Shown: positions 1 to 13,415, numbered from the stretch's first letter. The stretch: DNA of 64,000 nucleotides from Psammoneis japonica (GCA_008632985.1 QPGO01000261.1:1-64000); one strand, 5' to 3'. Translations and numbers: made by a program. The notes: generated by a model from the sequence alone, not told the origin.

Positions 1-1609
1 TTCTTCATCAGCATCTGCACCGCACTGAAGAACAGCACCCAAGAATTTCCATAGATCCTGCCATGACTTTGGGATTAGCGTACCGACACTTGACAACCTC
101 GCCTCAACATGATCCTGTGTGTGCCTAAATATGGCATTGCTCACATCTTCCCTCGCGCGTGAAATGGCACTTTCACTCGTTACGGATAGTCCCAGGACAT
201 TGGGTAGGATCCGGAGCAGCAGTGGCTTCTTTTTCTTCGAGTCCTCTGGGATGACACGACCGTAACGAGCATCTTCCTCTCGATCAGCGGCGTCATCACG
301 CCATGCTTGAAGCTGACCGCGGACTCTATTCTTGAGCCATTGCACCCTATTCCAGAGGTATTGCTTTCGCTCCCACTTGTCCAACTCGACAGGCACAAGA
401 TCAACCTTGGACAGGACAAGTTGCACCACGGCACCCGGTGCCCTTGCCTGTAGTAGCACAAGAAAGCGATGTACTACTTCTTCATAGAAATCGTCGTGTG
501 CCTTATCCGCAGCCACGACAAGTAAAAATAGCGACGACGCTGTCATGAATGGAGCCTGCCCCACAGCATAGTCTTGCTGACCGCCGCAGTCATAGACCAT
601 TAACGTAATTGGATCATCGCTGTATCCTTCGGGTGCATCTATCCGCACAGGTTCCACATTGAGATAAATGGTCCGTTCCTCCTCAACCTCTGTCCGCGCC
701 GGGAAACGGCCGGCAATGGCATTCCGCAGGCTCGTCTTTCCTGCTTCCCCGTCCCCCACCAGCACCGTCTTGAGCTGTCTGGATGTAATTGCCCCCCCCT
801 TTATCCACGGCTTCAAAGTAACGAGCAATCGCCTCGAGGCCCCGTTTGGCAATCTCGAACGGGGGTTCCAATAGTGGATTTCCGTCCACATCAAAATATT
901 CGCACGTTCCCTCAAGTTTGACAAAGGAGCGTGGAAGTCTTGCAATGCCGTTGTAGCTCAGGCTCAGCCATCGGAGGTTCGACGCCAATGTTTTATTCGT
1001 TTCCAGCGCTTTTCCAATGGCCGCGGCACCCTCGTCTCCAATGGAATTGCCCCAGAGATTAAGCACCGTCAATGTTTTATTCTTTTCCAATGCTTTTCCA
1101 ATGGCCGCGGCACCCTCGTCTCCAATGGAATTGTCATTGAGAAAAAGCTCTGCCAATGTTGTATTCATTTCTAGCACTTTTCCAATGGCCGCGGCACCCT
1201 CGTCTCCAATGGAATTGAAGCCGAGAAAAAGCTCCGTCAATGTTTTATTCGTTTCTAGCGCTTTTCCAATGGCCGCGGCACCACCATCTCCAATGGAATT
1301 GGCCCAGAGAACAAGCACCGTCAATGTTTTATTCTTTTCTAGTGCTTTCCCAATGGCTGCGGCACCCTCGTATCCAATGGAATTGCCACCAAGTATAAGC
1401 TGCTTCAATGTTTTATTCGTCTCTAGCGCTTTTCCAATGGCCGCAGCACCCTCGTCTCCAATGGAATTACCGTCAAGATCAAGCACTGTCAATGTTGGAT
1501 CATTCTCTTGGAAGCGACGAATGCGCTCTTGCTGAAATTCTGGCAAAGCGACGAACCAATCCGCTGACATGTCAATGCTGCTGCTGGAACTTGACGAAGA
1601 CTGTTCCAT
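1..1609 (-). CDS. LRR-ROC-COR(-TIR) ROCO-family receptor-like protein, copy 1 (runs off the window start; one homopolymer frameshift)
   Basis: ATG at 1609. Six 28-aa RI-like LRRs (LxxLxLxxNSIGDEGAAAIGKALExNxT), then ROC GTPase motifs in the shifted frame (VLVGDGEAGKT, YDCGGQ). A C8 run at ~792-799 (C7 in copy 2) shifts the frame; otherwise collinear with copy 2. Confidence 0.9.
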
Positions 1610-2202
1610 GATTTTGAAAACGAGACTTGTTTCCAAGCACTCCTGCAGCGCCAGTATCTTTTTCGTTTCACTCGAATATTTTGCGCAAGGATGAGTCGTC
1701 CGTCACATTCGTTGGCTGCGTTGCCTCTCTGCGATGAAACTGCTCGAATGGAATGGAGCAAATGTGTTGGTGTATCTGACGAGAAGGGGACAGTATAGTA
1801 TCAAGGATGGGAATGTTATATTGTAAATGGATAATGGCTCTTGCACAAGGGTAATGGCGATGCGGTCATGCCACACAAGATCCAAAGATGCCAAATGCCG
1901 GAGGAGAAAACGGAAGAAGAACATAAATCCTCATCATTCTCGTGCGTCAGTGGCGTTTTGCGAACGGATTGATTCTGATTCCTTTTTACAGTTAACTTAG
2001 TACAAGAGACTACGTTGAAAACTGAAGAAAAAGGAATCTTGGGCGAGTGTATCTTTTGATAGATCGTCACCCAATCAAAAAAGAACACCGCCGCACTCGT
2101 CCATTCATCACAGCCATCCCCATGCATCAAAGGAAACCCAGTTGCATCACTGCTGTTGCTCTGCTCTAGCACACATCACACACTCGAAAACAAACAAACA
2201 AA

Positions 2203-3228
2203 ATGGGAAAAAAGACAGCTGATGCGAGTCTCAAGGGCAAAAAGCCCATTCATCGAGGCACTTCAAAGACTGCCATTACGTCCAATCCGGGTCGGATCGG
2301 GAACAAGCTGAAACGTTCGGAAATGTACGGAAAGTATCTCATGGAAAAGAAGCGTCAAAAGAACATGGCTCGTCGTCAACGCGCCAAGGAAGCCGAGGCA
2401 CTCGGAGAAGAAGCTCCCGAAAAACCCACGCCGCGAACTCTCGAAAACACGCGCGAGTTGGAACCGACGCTGGTAAAACCAAACGATGAAGAAGTTGCCG
2501 CCGACCAAGCCGACGATGAGTTTGCACCGTACTTTAACGATCAAGTACGGCCCAAAATCCTCATCACCACACGACCACGTCCGTCGAAACAACTCTTTTA
2601 TTTTATTGCCGATTTGCAACGATTCGTTCCGCAAATGCATTTTTATCCTCGTAAATCTTTTACGGTCAAGGAAATTTGTGGCTTTGCTGCCAATCGCGGC
2701 TTTACCCATTTGATTGTGTTGAGTGAAAAGTCCAAGGTATGCAACGGCATGACCATATCCCATTTGCGGGTGCATGACGGACACGTGACGGCCGGTCCCA
2801 CGGCCTTTTTCAAGGTGAGCAATGTCATTACGTCGACGGACGTTCCCAATCACGGCTCCGCGACAAGTCACATTCCCGAATTGGTCTTGAATGGATTTGG
2901 AACACGACTTGGACATCGTGTTGGACGCTTTTTGGGAAGTTTGTTTCCGCACAATGCTCAGTTTCAGGGACGGCAGGTGGCGACCTTTCATAATCAGCGG
3001 GACTTTATCTTTGTGAGACATCATCGATATGTCTTTGAGCCGTCCAAGAATATCAATGAAGAAACAAAGCAACCCAAGACCAAGGCGCGATTGCAAGAAT
3101 TGGGACCTCGATTTACTCTCAAGCTCCGGTGGATTCAGGAGGGTACCTTTGATACCATGTTTGGTGAATATGAATGGATTCACAAGCGCAAAGAGATGGA
3201 CACGACGCGGAGAAAGTTTCACTTGTAA
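2203..3228 (+). CDS. RPF1: Brix-domain ribosome production factor 1 (intact)
   Basis: 341-aa ORF with [56 protein letters not shown] and a C-terminal RRKFHL, typical of Rpf1. Confidence 0.93.
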   Translation: MGKKTADASLKGKKPIHRGTSKTAITSNPGRIGNKLKRSEMYGKYLMEKKRQKNMARRQRAKEAEALGEEAPEKPTPRTLENTRELEPTLVKPNDEEVAADQADDEFAPYFNDQVRPKILITTRPRPSKQLFYFIADLQRFVPQMHFYPRKSFTVKEICGFAANRGFTHLIVLSEKSKVCNGMTISHLRVHDGHVTAGPTAFFKVSNVITSTDVPNHGSATSHIPELVLNGFGTRLGHRVGRFLGSLFPHNAQFQGRQVATFHNQRDFIFVRHHRYVFEPSKNINEETKQPKTKARLQELGPRFTLKLRWIQEGTFDTMFGEYEWIHKRKEMDTTRRKFHL

Positions 3229-4861
3229 GATCCCACTAGTAGTGACGGTAGCACAGCTGATGGTTGTCAGTGATCTTTTGTTTGTTAGTTGGTTTTTTCT
3301 TGATGTGCTGCTGCAGTAAAGGATACAGACACGGATTGGATATGACCCAGTTGGACAGCTGTCGCATCTTCGACATGCCGCCGCCGTCTTGCACTGTTTC
3401 GTTGACAAGTCGCACCCGACACTGTCTTCTGCCTCGCCTCGAGTCAAGGCCAGTGGGTCTTGTTTTCACAAAATAAAATGCTGCATACGCGGCCCACCAA
3501 TGTGATCTCGCATCATGGTTGTTCCATCGCTCCCATCGAGGAATTCGACTTGTGCTCTCCAACCTTGCGGTCTGTGGTCACATGTGCACAGTCCGAGAGC
3601 ACCTGCACTTGACTTGATGGTGATGGAGGAGATGCGCCATTGATTGTCTCACAGTCATGTCATGGCATGATTCAAAGACAGCTGCAGAGTTGCAAATGCT
3701 CCAGAGCCAGACATGATGGGTTGTCGGGAGCACTGACAACATGCACAGCAGGCAAAAAATGAGCATTGGCAGCAATTGTCAAGAACACACAACAGATGTG
3801 TGGCACTCCAATCCAAAAGATCTTGTTGCCTGGATGGGCGCCATGTAAAAAGTGCAGAGGCAGGAGAAGAAGGGTGCATCATTTTGCTCTTGCACTGAAA
3901 AACAGACCAGCAAGAGCAAGCCTTCTTTCCATTTTGCCGTCTCCTTTTTTCCAAGCTGACTCTGCAGCCAAGCAACAAGTGGGAGCAGGTGCCAAGGTTG
4001 TGGGGTTCGTGGGTGCTGGGTTCTTGCAGCTCATCATGGTGTGGTGCCGGCAGCAGTGCAAATCAGGTGGCATTCTTGTCAACACAAAGGATGCAGAGAT
4101 GGCCATTGGCTCCAGCTCTAGAAGGCGTGCAAGAGGAGCTGCAAGGGGGCTGGCATGGAGTGCCAGCTCTGAGAGACTTGCAATGAAGCTGCAGTTTCTG
4201 GGGGTGAACACACAAGCTGGCCAGTTTGTGGGCTGTGTGTCTGATGTGGAAAATGTGGCACAGGCCAAAACCAAACAGCTGTGCATTCCCAGGCCATTCA
4301 TGAGCAAAAAGGTTCAGCACCCTCTGGTCTGCTGGTCAGGCATGAGACATGCTGGTCTGTGTGGAGCTCCAAGTTGCTCAGACCCAGGGGCAAGTGAGCC
4401 AGGTGGTGAAGCCACACTCCGCGGGGCTCAGCACTCTGGCATGCATGCATGTGAGCTGCGCCCCATGGGAGTGCAAGGGCTGGCCAAGGGCCAAATTCAT
4501 CAACCCACTTTTTGCCTGAACAAGGACAAAAAACTGAGGTGCCCCCTGTTTTCTGATGCTGCACATTGTCAAACAGGCTGAAATTTTCTTCCCAAAACAG
4601 CTTGGCCTGGAATCAGCATTGAGTCTACTGAGGAAGTTTATGACACATGTCCCTTGACGATTTGAGTGCCACTCAAAAAACTATTTAAGTGTTCATACTC
4701 TAGAAGCCTATAAAAGTCAATCCGTCTAAGTATTTTTATTAAAATACTATATACACTAAAATATACATAAATTATATTCAAAATCCGATTGTCGTTTTGT
4801 GCGTCACCTGGGACTGGAACACGTCACACCACAGAGCAAGCTTCATGCAAACATCATGTCA

Positions 4862-5683
4862 GAGCATCTTCGCCAGTGAGTCGTAAACATAAACATAAAC
4901 ATAGGAACATAACCTAAAAGGACAAGCGAACAGACTGCCCCGTATAAGTTTACGATTCTGCACGCGACCATCATTTTCAGTCGATCACAATCGTATTCAC
5001 ATTCGGCCGATGGTTGGGCAGACGTTGAGGTAACAACCAACTTCATACACGTATATCAATAACTAACTGATGGTAGGACGGACTTGTTGAATTTTACATG
5101 ACGCCATGGCGGCTTTGAACGCAATATACGACACAAATCACCGTCTATTCAAAGATATGTCGACGTCTATCAATAGAGAATAATTCATATTATATGTCTA
5201 TGTGTTACTATGTTGTGAAAGTCATTCTACATCGCGAAAACAAGCGAAATGTTATCACACGATGTATGCCTTATTCTCTTCTGACCCCATAAACCCCCCA
5301 TATGTCGGTTCTCCTCCCATATCTCGATGCGGCCGTATGTAAGTTCATAAGATACGACAAGGTCTTAATTGTTGGGCCTCTGTAAGGTCCTCTCATCAAG
5401 AAAGCGTCGATTGTCGTTTCGTCATGGTGACACGCACTTTCTACAGGATTTCTACACCCTTTTTGTACCAGAAATTTACGATTTTCGTTTACGATTTTGG
5501 AGGTGGATCGTATCCAAGGCCTGATTTGCGATTCACTTTCATGAATCGTAAATTCGAAAAGGGTTATTAGCGCAAAAAATATGTTTACGATCCACCGAAA
5601 ATGATGATTTTTTGTGAATCTCATTCGTATCGGAAGACGTACGGACATAGGTTTATGTTTACGACTCACTGGCGAAGATGCTC
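4862..5683. mobile_element. Non-autonomous PIF/Harbinger-like MITE (822 bp)
   Basis: Perfect 33-bp TIRs (GAGCATCTTCGCCAGTGAGTCGTAAACATAAAC at 4862-4894; reverse complement at 5651-5683) and a 3-bp TSD TCA (4859-4861, 5684-5686). No coding capacity seen. Confidence 0.8.
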
Positions 5684-8600
5684 TCAGCACACAAACGTTT
5701 TTCTTTCTGCAAACACCTGGGAGGAGAAGTCATTGGTCAACAACAAATCACTGATGTGAAGCTCAAAACACTGCACAACACTTGTCATGATGTGGGCACA
5801 ACAGCCCAAAACCCAAAAAACCAAGAGTGGGTGAGGGCTGTTGTTGTCTGCTGTTGGTCAGATCTCATCACTCCCTTCTTGATTTAAAAGCCCTCTGCAC
5901 AAAGAAAACATGGCCAGCTCATTGCAACCTGGTCATGTTGCAATGATGAGCACTGGCAATGGTGCAGATTTGTTGGAGGCCATTGCTGCAGCCAGCTGCT
6001 GGGGACCTGCCTGCCACTCTGACTGCAGGGAAGAGAGAACTCACCACCAGCCAGCAGCAGATGCTTTGCACAGAGACATGCCATTGTGGTGCACACACAT
6101 GCACAATGCATCTAAAATCACCTTTGCCAGCCTCCAGTCAGAAACTTCACATGTGATCCATTCTCAATTTGCCTCAGCAACATGCCCATGCACAGCCACA
6201 GAGCTGATTTGGTTCTGCTGCAAGCTCTTTGATGAAAACACAATCACACAAGTTGTCATCACTCTGCAGTGGCAAGAGGCAACATGAGAGTGCAAAAAAG
6301 TTGAACACAAGTCAATCTTGTGCATTTGACAAACACATCAGTCAGCTGTGCTTTCCCCCTGGGTGTGGAAAAAGTGCAAGCGTTCTTCACGCACAGCCCA
6401 GCAGAGAGTGGGCTGTCATTTCTTGTGTCTCAAATGTTGACCTGTGCTGTTGCATTTTCTAATGGCAAAGCCAAACATCCAGTCAAAAGACCACTGCTGC
6501 TGGCATTTTCCATGGCATTGTCACTTTTTCTGTCTTTCAAGCTGTGTCAATCCCGAGCCAGTCTGTTTGTCAATGACGACACCATTTCTTTGCTCTTGCG
6601 TGAGGTTTGAGACCTCACAGATTCATGGGAAGTGTGCACATGGGTGCTGGCTGGCTCTGTGGTTTGAGAAAAAGGTTTGGCAGCAGCAGCTTGGAAGTGA
6701 GGGGTTGGTCATTGAGCTTGCAAGCAAATTCCTCTTCAATCCGATCGTCCAAAATGTCGCTCTCTGCTGGCTTTGATTCTGAAGTGGGCAATTTGGAAAT
6801 GTGCACATGATGTCGCCACATGTCCCAGGCTGTGTTCCACAGTTGTTGCATCAGCCCGGATGGCCATCTCAGCCCTGCATTGAGTCGACTCAAATGTTGG
6901 CAGTGGGCTTCTTGTGTGTCTGTCCATCCAACCAAGAAGAAGCCCCTGACCAGCACGTTGCTCCCCACAATGTCAATGCTCTTAACTGCGGATTGTCAGT
7001 GGCAGGGCAAACAGTTTCCCGCTGTTGCCATTGTGACAGACAGCGAAGCAGCTCCTTTTGTGGGTCTGGTTGTGTGTGCTGCTCCTTCAACCACTTGTCA
7101 AGATCATCTGCCTTCTTGTCCCACAATGATCTTGCTGCCATCGCCAGAAATCGCAACACATGGTCAATGCCCTTTTCAGCCTCCCCACACCTGGGGCGTG
7201 CCGGCGTGTTCAAAATCTTCCACCTCTCTGGGTTCTTGCCAGTTGCCACAAAGCCTGTTGACCATTTCAGTTGCCGCAATTTCTGAAAGGCAGGTGTTCT
7301 CTGCATCGCTTTGCCCAAGGCTTCCCAGTTGATCTCCGCCGCAGTGGGTTCCAAGCAAAGCTTCTCAGACCAGTGCTGCTTCACCTGTGGTCCACAGATG
7401 TGATCAGTCAACCTGTTTTTATCTCAGCAACTCATCACCTCGCCATGAAGCTTGACATGCCATCTGTTTTGGTCCGGCATCTCACAACATTGCATTTCCA
7501 TTGCCTGTGGGTCCTCCCAGTGTGCTTTGGCCAGCAAGTCCATCATTTCCACATTCAGCTGTTCCATGGGTGCAAGTTGCTGCAGCAGAATCTTGTCATC
7601 TTTGTGTGCCTCTGTTTCTTCTGGAATTGCAAGGATGGGGAGTTCACAAAGCATCCTTCGAACAGGTTGGATCAAATCACAGTTCCACTGTTTCGGGTCA
7701 TTGTGCTCATTGTAAAAACAAGTGAGAAGTGCTGTGTCGCAGTCACATCCCATGATGATTCAACCATTCCTCATGCCGTGATCTTTGCACAGATCAACAA
7801 GGTGCTGCAGCAGTCCATGGATTCCCCCCAGCTCCCCGCGGCAAGCAGTGTGATCCTCCTTTCTCCCTGGAGTTTGATTCACTCCTCGACATCTGTGAGT
7901 GTGTCCGAAGGCTGGGAGCAAGATCACAGCTGCTGCAGCCAGGGGGCTCTTTGAACGATCCATCCACTGCACATGCTGCTGTCCTGTCAATGATGCCTTG
8001 GAGTGATGGTGCTGTTGGAGGCTCCCACTCACACGGACCACAGCACCACTTAAATTCTTCTTCTGGACTGGGTTCCTGAATTTGTTCCGAGGTGCCTGTG
8101 TGCCTGTGTGAGCAACACGGCTCATGTTTCTGATCGTCTGAGTTGGGTGAGAGCATGGTGTGGGGTCTCAACACCGTCACTTGTGCAGCGACAATGTCGT
8201 TTCCTCCTTCTCCTGGATTGAGGAAGCACAGAAAACACCTGATGCCTTCTGTCCTCCTTGCGGCAATGAACTCTGTCCTCATTCCCGGAGTGCCGCCACT
8301 GTCGGGAGCTGGTGTCAGTCGTCCATCATCCGAGACTGCGTTGCAGGTGCAGGTCGTGATTCCTGCCTGGCAGCAGCAGGCATTCTGTCAGCGCTTCCTG
8401 CCAAAGTCTCCAACACAGTGCTGATGGAAACCCCGCTTTTGGCCAGTCACAGCTGCTTTCACATGTCTTCGAGCCTTTGCAGCAGTCCTGGAAAGTGCAT
8501 TTTCCGTCTCCTGATGCCACATCCAAGACCCACAGTGCCTTGATCCACATTCTGCATGGGTCGATTTTCCTCAGGCACCCACCTTTGCACCCATGTGCTG

Positions 8601-8703
8601 CGATCCTTTCCATGAGAAATGAGTCATCTTCCCGTTGGAGAGGAGTGGGCATCTCCGGTGACACAAGTTCAATGTTGCATTCCCAACAAAATGCCCAAAG
8701 TGA

Positions 8704-9160
8704 CCCATGTAGAAATGGGGAATGAGTGCTCAAACCGCAGAGACAGAGATTTTCTGTGTGTGCAAAAATTGTGAGATTGTTTCAGTTAGAGTGCAAACAC
8801 GTGATGGTGTCTTTTTCCAAGAAACAAGAATTCTTGTTGCACAACAAGTCATTGGAAAGACTCAAGCACAAGTCTTTTGCAACACTTTGTTGACACTCAT
8901 GCGGAGCCAATTCGCGGGCTCATGCTTGGTGCTGTGTGCCGGTGCATCCTGCGCAGACCCTTCATGCAAGGTGAGTCACGTGCGCGATGGCCAGTCGCGC
9001 CGGTCTCAGTTGCATGGGTCGCTCCTGTGGCCTGTCGCAGGTCTCGCACCAGGAGTCGTGTTTTCTGCAACATGCTTCTGCAGGATCAGCATCGCTGCGG
9101 ACAGCCCACAGACACAGGAAAGTGGCATCATCGGCGGCCACGGCAGGGATGCCCACTGCA
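8704..9160. mobile_element. 457-bp insertion within retrotransposon A, family unknown
   Basis: Flanked by the direct repeat AAAGTGA (8697-8703, 9161-9167). Removing it restores the in-frame peptide LVTNTWVRSL-WAFCWECNIEL. Confidence 0.75.
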
Positions 9161-9294
9161 AAAGTGATCTGACCCATGTGTTGGTGACCAGCAGTGCCAG
9201 TTTCTTGCAGCCCATCTGACAGATTGTGCCACATGCCCCAAGCTCTAGCTGCATGTTCTCCCGCACTGCTGCCAGTTCTTTCCCTGTCACAAAA

Positions 9295-12115
9295 AAAACC
9301 AAACTCTAATTTTCAAGTGCCACCACACCTTTGCCCAGCAACACCGGCGCCGGCTAACCCACACTTCCAGCACACCCTAAAAGGATGCGGCAGAAATTGT
9401 GTGCAATTGGCCTGACCCGGCGCCCCCAGTGGGGGGCGCCCGACGGAAGCAGCTGCGAATGGTGCAAGTGCCACGTTTGGCCAGGCGTTTGGCTTCTTTC
9501 AAGCTGTCTTGGAGGCTTGGTCGCACCATTGAAATCCAATTTTGAATCCTCGTCGTCGAAAATGTACGGTGTTCCTCGACCGAGTCAAGCAGTGCGCCTC
9601 TGTCTTTCGCCAAATGCTCCTGACGTTTGTTGCAAATCGCAGTCAATTCGGCCTCCACCCTTCGCCGCTGGGAAGACTTACGAGATTCCACGTCGTGCCC
9701 GTGGACAAGCTTGTCATGTTCCTCCCACAGTTCCCACCAACTTCTCCATGTGCATGATCCGACCTGGACGGTCCAATCCGGTGGCTGCTTGTTCTCTTCT
9801 TGACATTGCCTCAAGATGCCTGAATCACAAAGGTGGCCGGATTGCAGCAGGTTCCACATGAGCGAACATCGACCGTCAAAGATCTGTCTCCAGCCAATGT
9901 CAGTCTGGGCTTTCCACAACTCTTTGAGTCTGCAATCCACTTCCGCAAGACAAGTGATTTCCTCGTTAAACCAAGCCTGCAACACATCCAGAAGAAAGTC
10001 ACGCAGGACAGGCATGGTGTCCACCTTATCACAATGGCGGCGCAATCCTTGTAAAAACTTCCTCCTCCACTGCTCGTTGTTGGGGCATCGTAGAATGTGA
10101 TCCCTGTCTTCCATTGGATGATCACACGCAATGCACTGGTGGGGACGCACCGGGTTGTGTCTGTGGACGATTTTATTCATGGGTGGCAAATCGTGAACCA
10201 ATTTGACCGTGTTCACGTGCTGCTTTGAATGGCGTTTCACTGGGATTGCGTGTGCATTCCAGTCAACTTGCTCGATCACCGTGTTGGTCCATTGGTTACG
10301 TTCGACGATGTGCTCTAGCAGTGGGGGAGCTGTGGCAGCGCATCTGATTTGTTTCTTGTAATTGGAAGTCACCGCACCGCCCTCTGTCTCGAAATAAGAA
10401 TGGCAATGAGGAAGATGCTTGACCTGATCGGTGTCGCACAGGCAGTGGCCTTGATGTGATCCTGCTTGTCTGTCCGCCCGGATGTTGACTCTTGCATTTG
10501 AGGGCAAGGCATGAACTGGAGTGTGCCTGTCTTGATGTCCTTTCACCCAAGAAACTGTAGGAAGAGTCATGTCCGTCGACTCCGAGAGCAGCTTCAACGT
10601 TCGCTGGGTGTAAAGAATTTCGTTCAAGACATCCCAGTCTGAGGACATGGCATTGGCGCCGTGATGCCGAATGTGAAAATCATGCATGGTGTGTGCTACG
10701 TCTCCTGGGTCGATCACAGGTGGAGCAGATGTCAACCGAGATAGGCATTCGACCAAAGCTTTATTGTCACAGTGAATCACCGCGTCCAGTGGAGCAGAAA
10801 TCCGACAACATTCACACAATCGGTAAATGAACCGAGCGATTGAAAGAACACCGTAGGCTTCCGCGCGATACGAGGAAGGTTTCTTCCCGAACACAGGGCC
10901 AGCACAATCGACCAGTGGAGTGCCGTTCAAGGTAATCGTCCAGCCGAACGTGGCTCCCTCACGTACAGAGCCGTCACTGCCTGCAGTAAGAGTTGACGAA
11001 AGAAAGTGTTGAACCAATGCTTGAGAGGACACATGTAGTTCCAAAGCATCAAACAATGTAGACTCCCAAAGTTCCAATCGTTGCAGGCTCTCGAGAAAGG
11101 AGTCTGGTGCATCCGGAATTGATGGAGGTGTGAGTGATGTACGCGGAATTTCAAATCGCCATCGTCCGTCCTCGAGTGTAGAAACCTCTGCTGGACAAGA
11201 CTCTTCGGAGGGGGTTGGAACGGTCTCGATCTCGACAATTGAATCAGTTGTAGTTCCGTTCGCCTGGAAAATGTCACAACCTTCCAATGAACGAACGTAC
11301 AAGTGCTCTTCAGACGGGGAACAGCAAGCGGTAGATTGCATCCTCATTTTTGACGGAGGAAACAACCAATCGCCGAGAGGTTCCTTCAGTTGAAGTGATT
11401 TCGGACGACACAAACTTGCACAGAATTTCCCCCACGCTGTCCAAGCTCGCTTGCACGGTTTGCATTGTTCGACGTTGTCAAGGGTGCTTGTGCCACTGCG
11501 CAGAGAGGGTTCCCCTTTCACTTTTGAACCGTCAATTGTAACACCATCTGAAAGAGTGACATCCGAAACAGATGAGACCCGAAGGAACAATCGGCAACAA
11601 TTAATCCACCGAATCTCTCGTGCAGAGAAGGTCTTGGATCTCAAAACGACATCCATCAGATGCTGGTCGTCATCTCGTTGTAGCGGAAGCACTCCATCAT
11701 GAGTTGGGAACACTCGGCCGTTGATCCGTTGCAGAAATGCTCGGACCGACGCGAACCATCGCGATTCCATGTGTGGTGACTCTGTCTCCACGTCCCACAA
11801 AAAAAACTGTCGCCTGTCCCCAAGTTTAACTGAATCCATGCGACGGCAATGTGAAGTAACTTGCATGGTTGATCTTCCCCAAGTTGAAGATGGGCAACTC
11901 CTCTTGAGTGCTTCAGCAGTTGCAGCAACTGGGCGACTCCTTGTTCTGTGTCGAGCGATCGAAACCCTCCTCCTCCTAAAGCCTGGGGACCGTAAAGGAC
12001 AAGACGTTTCGTGTTTCTGTTGTAGCCGCATTTCACAAAAATCGTTCGCACAGCCTTCTGTTGTGCCTGTTGCAATTCTTTCGGGAGAAAATTAGAGTTA
12101 GCCAGAACACATGTC
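9295..12115 (-). mobile_element. 5'-truncated non-LTR retrotransposon B (post-RT region, RNase H, zinc knuckle) nested in element A
   Basis: CGYNRN..LYGP..GGGGF..TEQG; RNase H motifs AGSDGSV, SSYRAEAYG, HCDNKAL, WVKGHQD; CIACDHPMEDRDHILRC; stop at 9377. Less mutated than A. Confidence 0.85.
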
Positions 12116-13415
12116 ATCGATGAGAGGTGACAGGCATGGCAAGCAAGCAAGCTGCCAATGGGCATTCGATGCTTCTCATCACGCCTCCCGTCAAGGACAA
12201 CCATGCCTCCATTTCCATTCAATTGTCCGCATCTTGCTCCATCAGCCCACTTCTCCACCTTCATGTTCAGTGCTTCAACTTGATGTTCCATTGATCCATC
12301 CAGCACTGCCCATGCTCCTGAGGTTTCTTCTGCGTCCCATGCCTCCAGCCATTGGATGGTCACCCGGTTTCCTTTGTGGTCCAAGATTGAGATGTCTCCC
12401 AGGGCTTCCACAATCGTTTGATGATGCCATTGGTCATCACACCATTTGAAGGTTGCCAGGGACCAGCGACTCTTGCTTGGCACCAAGGCACCTCTTGCAG
12501 CCCAAATCTCCTTCCCAGTGACAGTCCACCATGTGTTGCGTGCCTTCTGCAACCATCTCGTGTGTTGATTCCAAGTCCACTGATGTGTGGGGCAGGTCGG
12601 TGTCATCAACAAAGGCACAGCAGACACAATGAAATGTGTTCTGTGTGATTGGTGTTTTCGCCTGTGTCCCAAAACCTTCTTCTTTCAGCGTGTTTGTCAC
12701 AGGGATGCTTGCCAACAGCCAAATCCCGGGTGCAGCTCCGTGTCCCTGGAACATCCCTTGCAATGGGATTTCTGGCACTCTGCAGGGCTCGTCCGAGACT
12801 CCGTGTGCTGTTCGTGCACAGTGCTCAATCTGGCTGAGAGTTGCCACTGTCATGAAAAGTTTGTCGTCCTCCTCATCTGCACACATCCTTCTCATGCACA
12901 GGCATGCAATTGAGTGTAAGATCCTGTCGCAACATGATTTCGCGTCCGCACTGGTGACAGCTCCTGGTCAGTGGACTTGTCCAAACACATCACCCGCAAG
13001 AACTTTGTTGAATGCACAGATGATTGCCCTTTGTCTCTTCCTGCTGCTGTGTGCTTCTCCCATGGCATTTGTCTGTGCACGTCCGCCTGTTGTGCAATGG
13101 CCCACCTGCAGCATTTGTTCATTTTGTTGCACCGGGCATTGAAGAGTGCAATGACATGCAGTTTCTTGACATGACTGGACTCCTGTTTCTTTGGAGTCTT
13201 TACATCCACTGCCTTTGTCCAGCATTTGGGTGCATGGCCATGCTTTCCTGGGATTGCGGACACGCAAGCATCAAATTCAGCTGCTGCAGGATGTTGGCAA
13301 CTGGCTTTGCAATCCAAAAAGGCTGGTCCAAAGGGGCCACTCGATGTGTGTGCCTTCATTTTTTCCCATCCGTTGACATGTTCTTCAGCAGTGCATTTCA
13401 CATTGAGCTTTGGCA

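Noticed and set aside
1000..1500. CRISPR-like array in the 84-bp periodic repeats (also 20330-21000, 62560-62950, 50820-51495)
   Set aside because: The first three are in-frame LRR coding repeats and the last is a degenerate tandem repeat. There are no unique spacers or cas genes.
2263..3447. 394-aa antisense ORF over RPF1
   Set aside because: Shadow frame of a real gene with no recognisable motifs.
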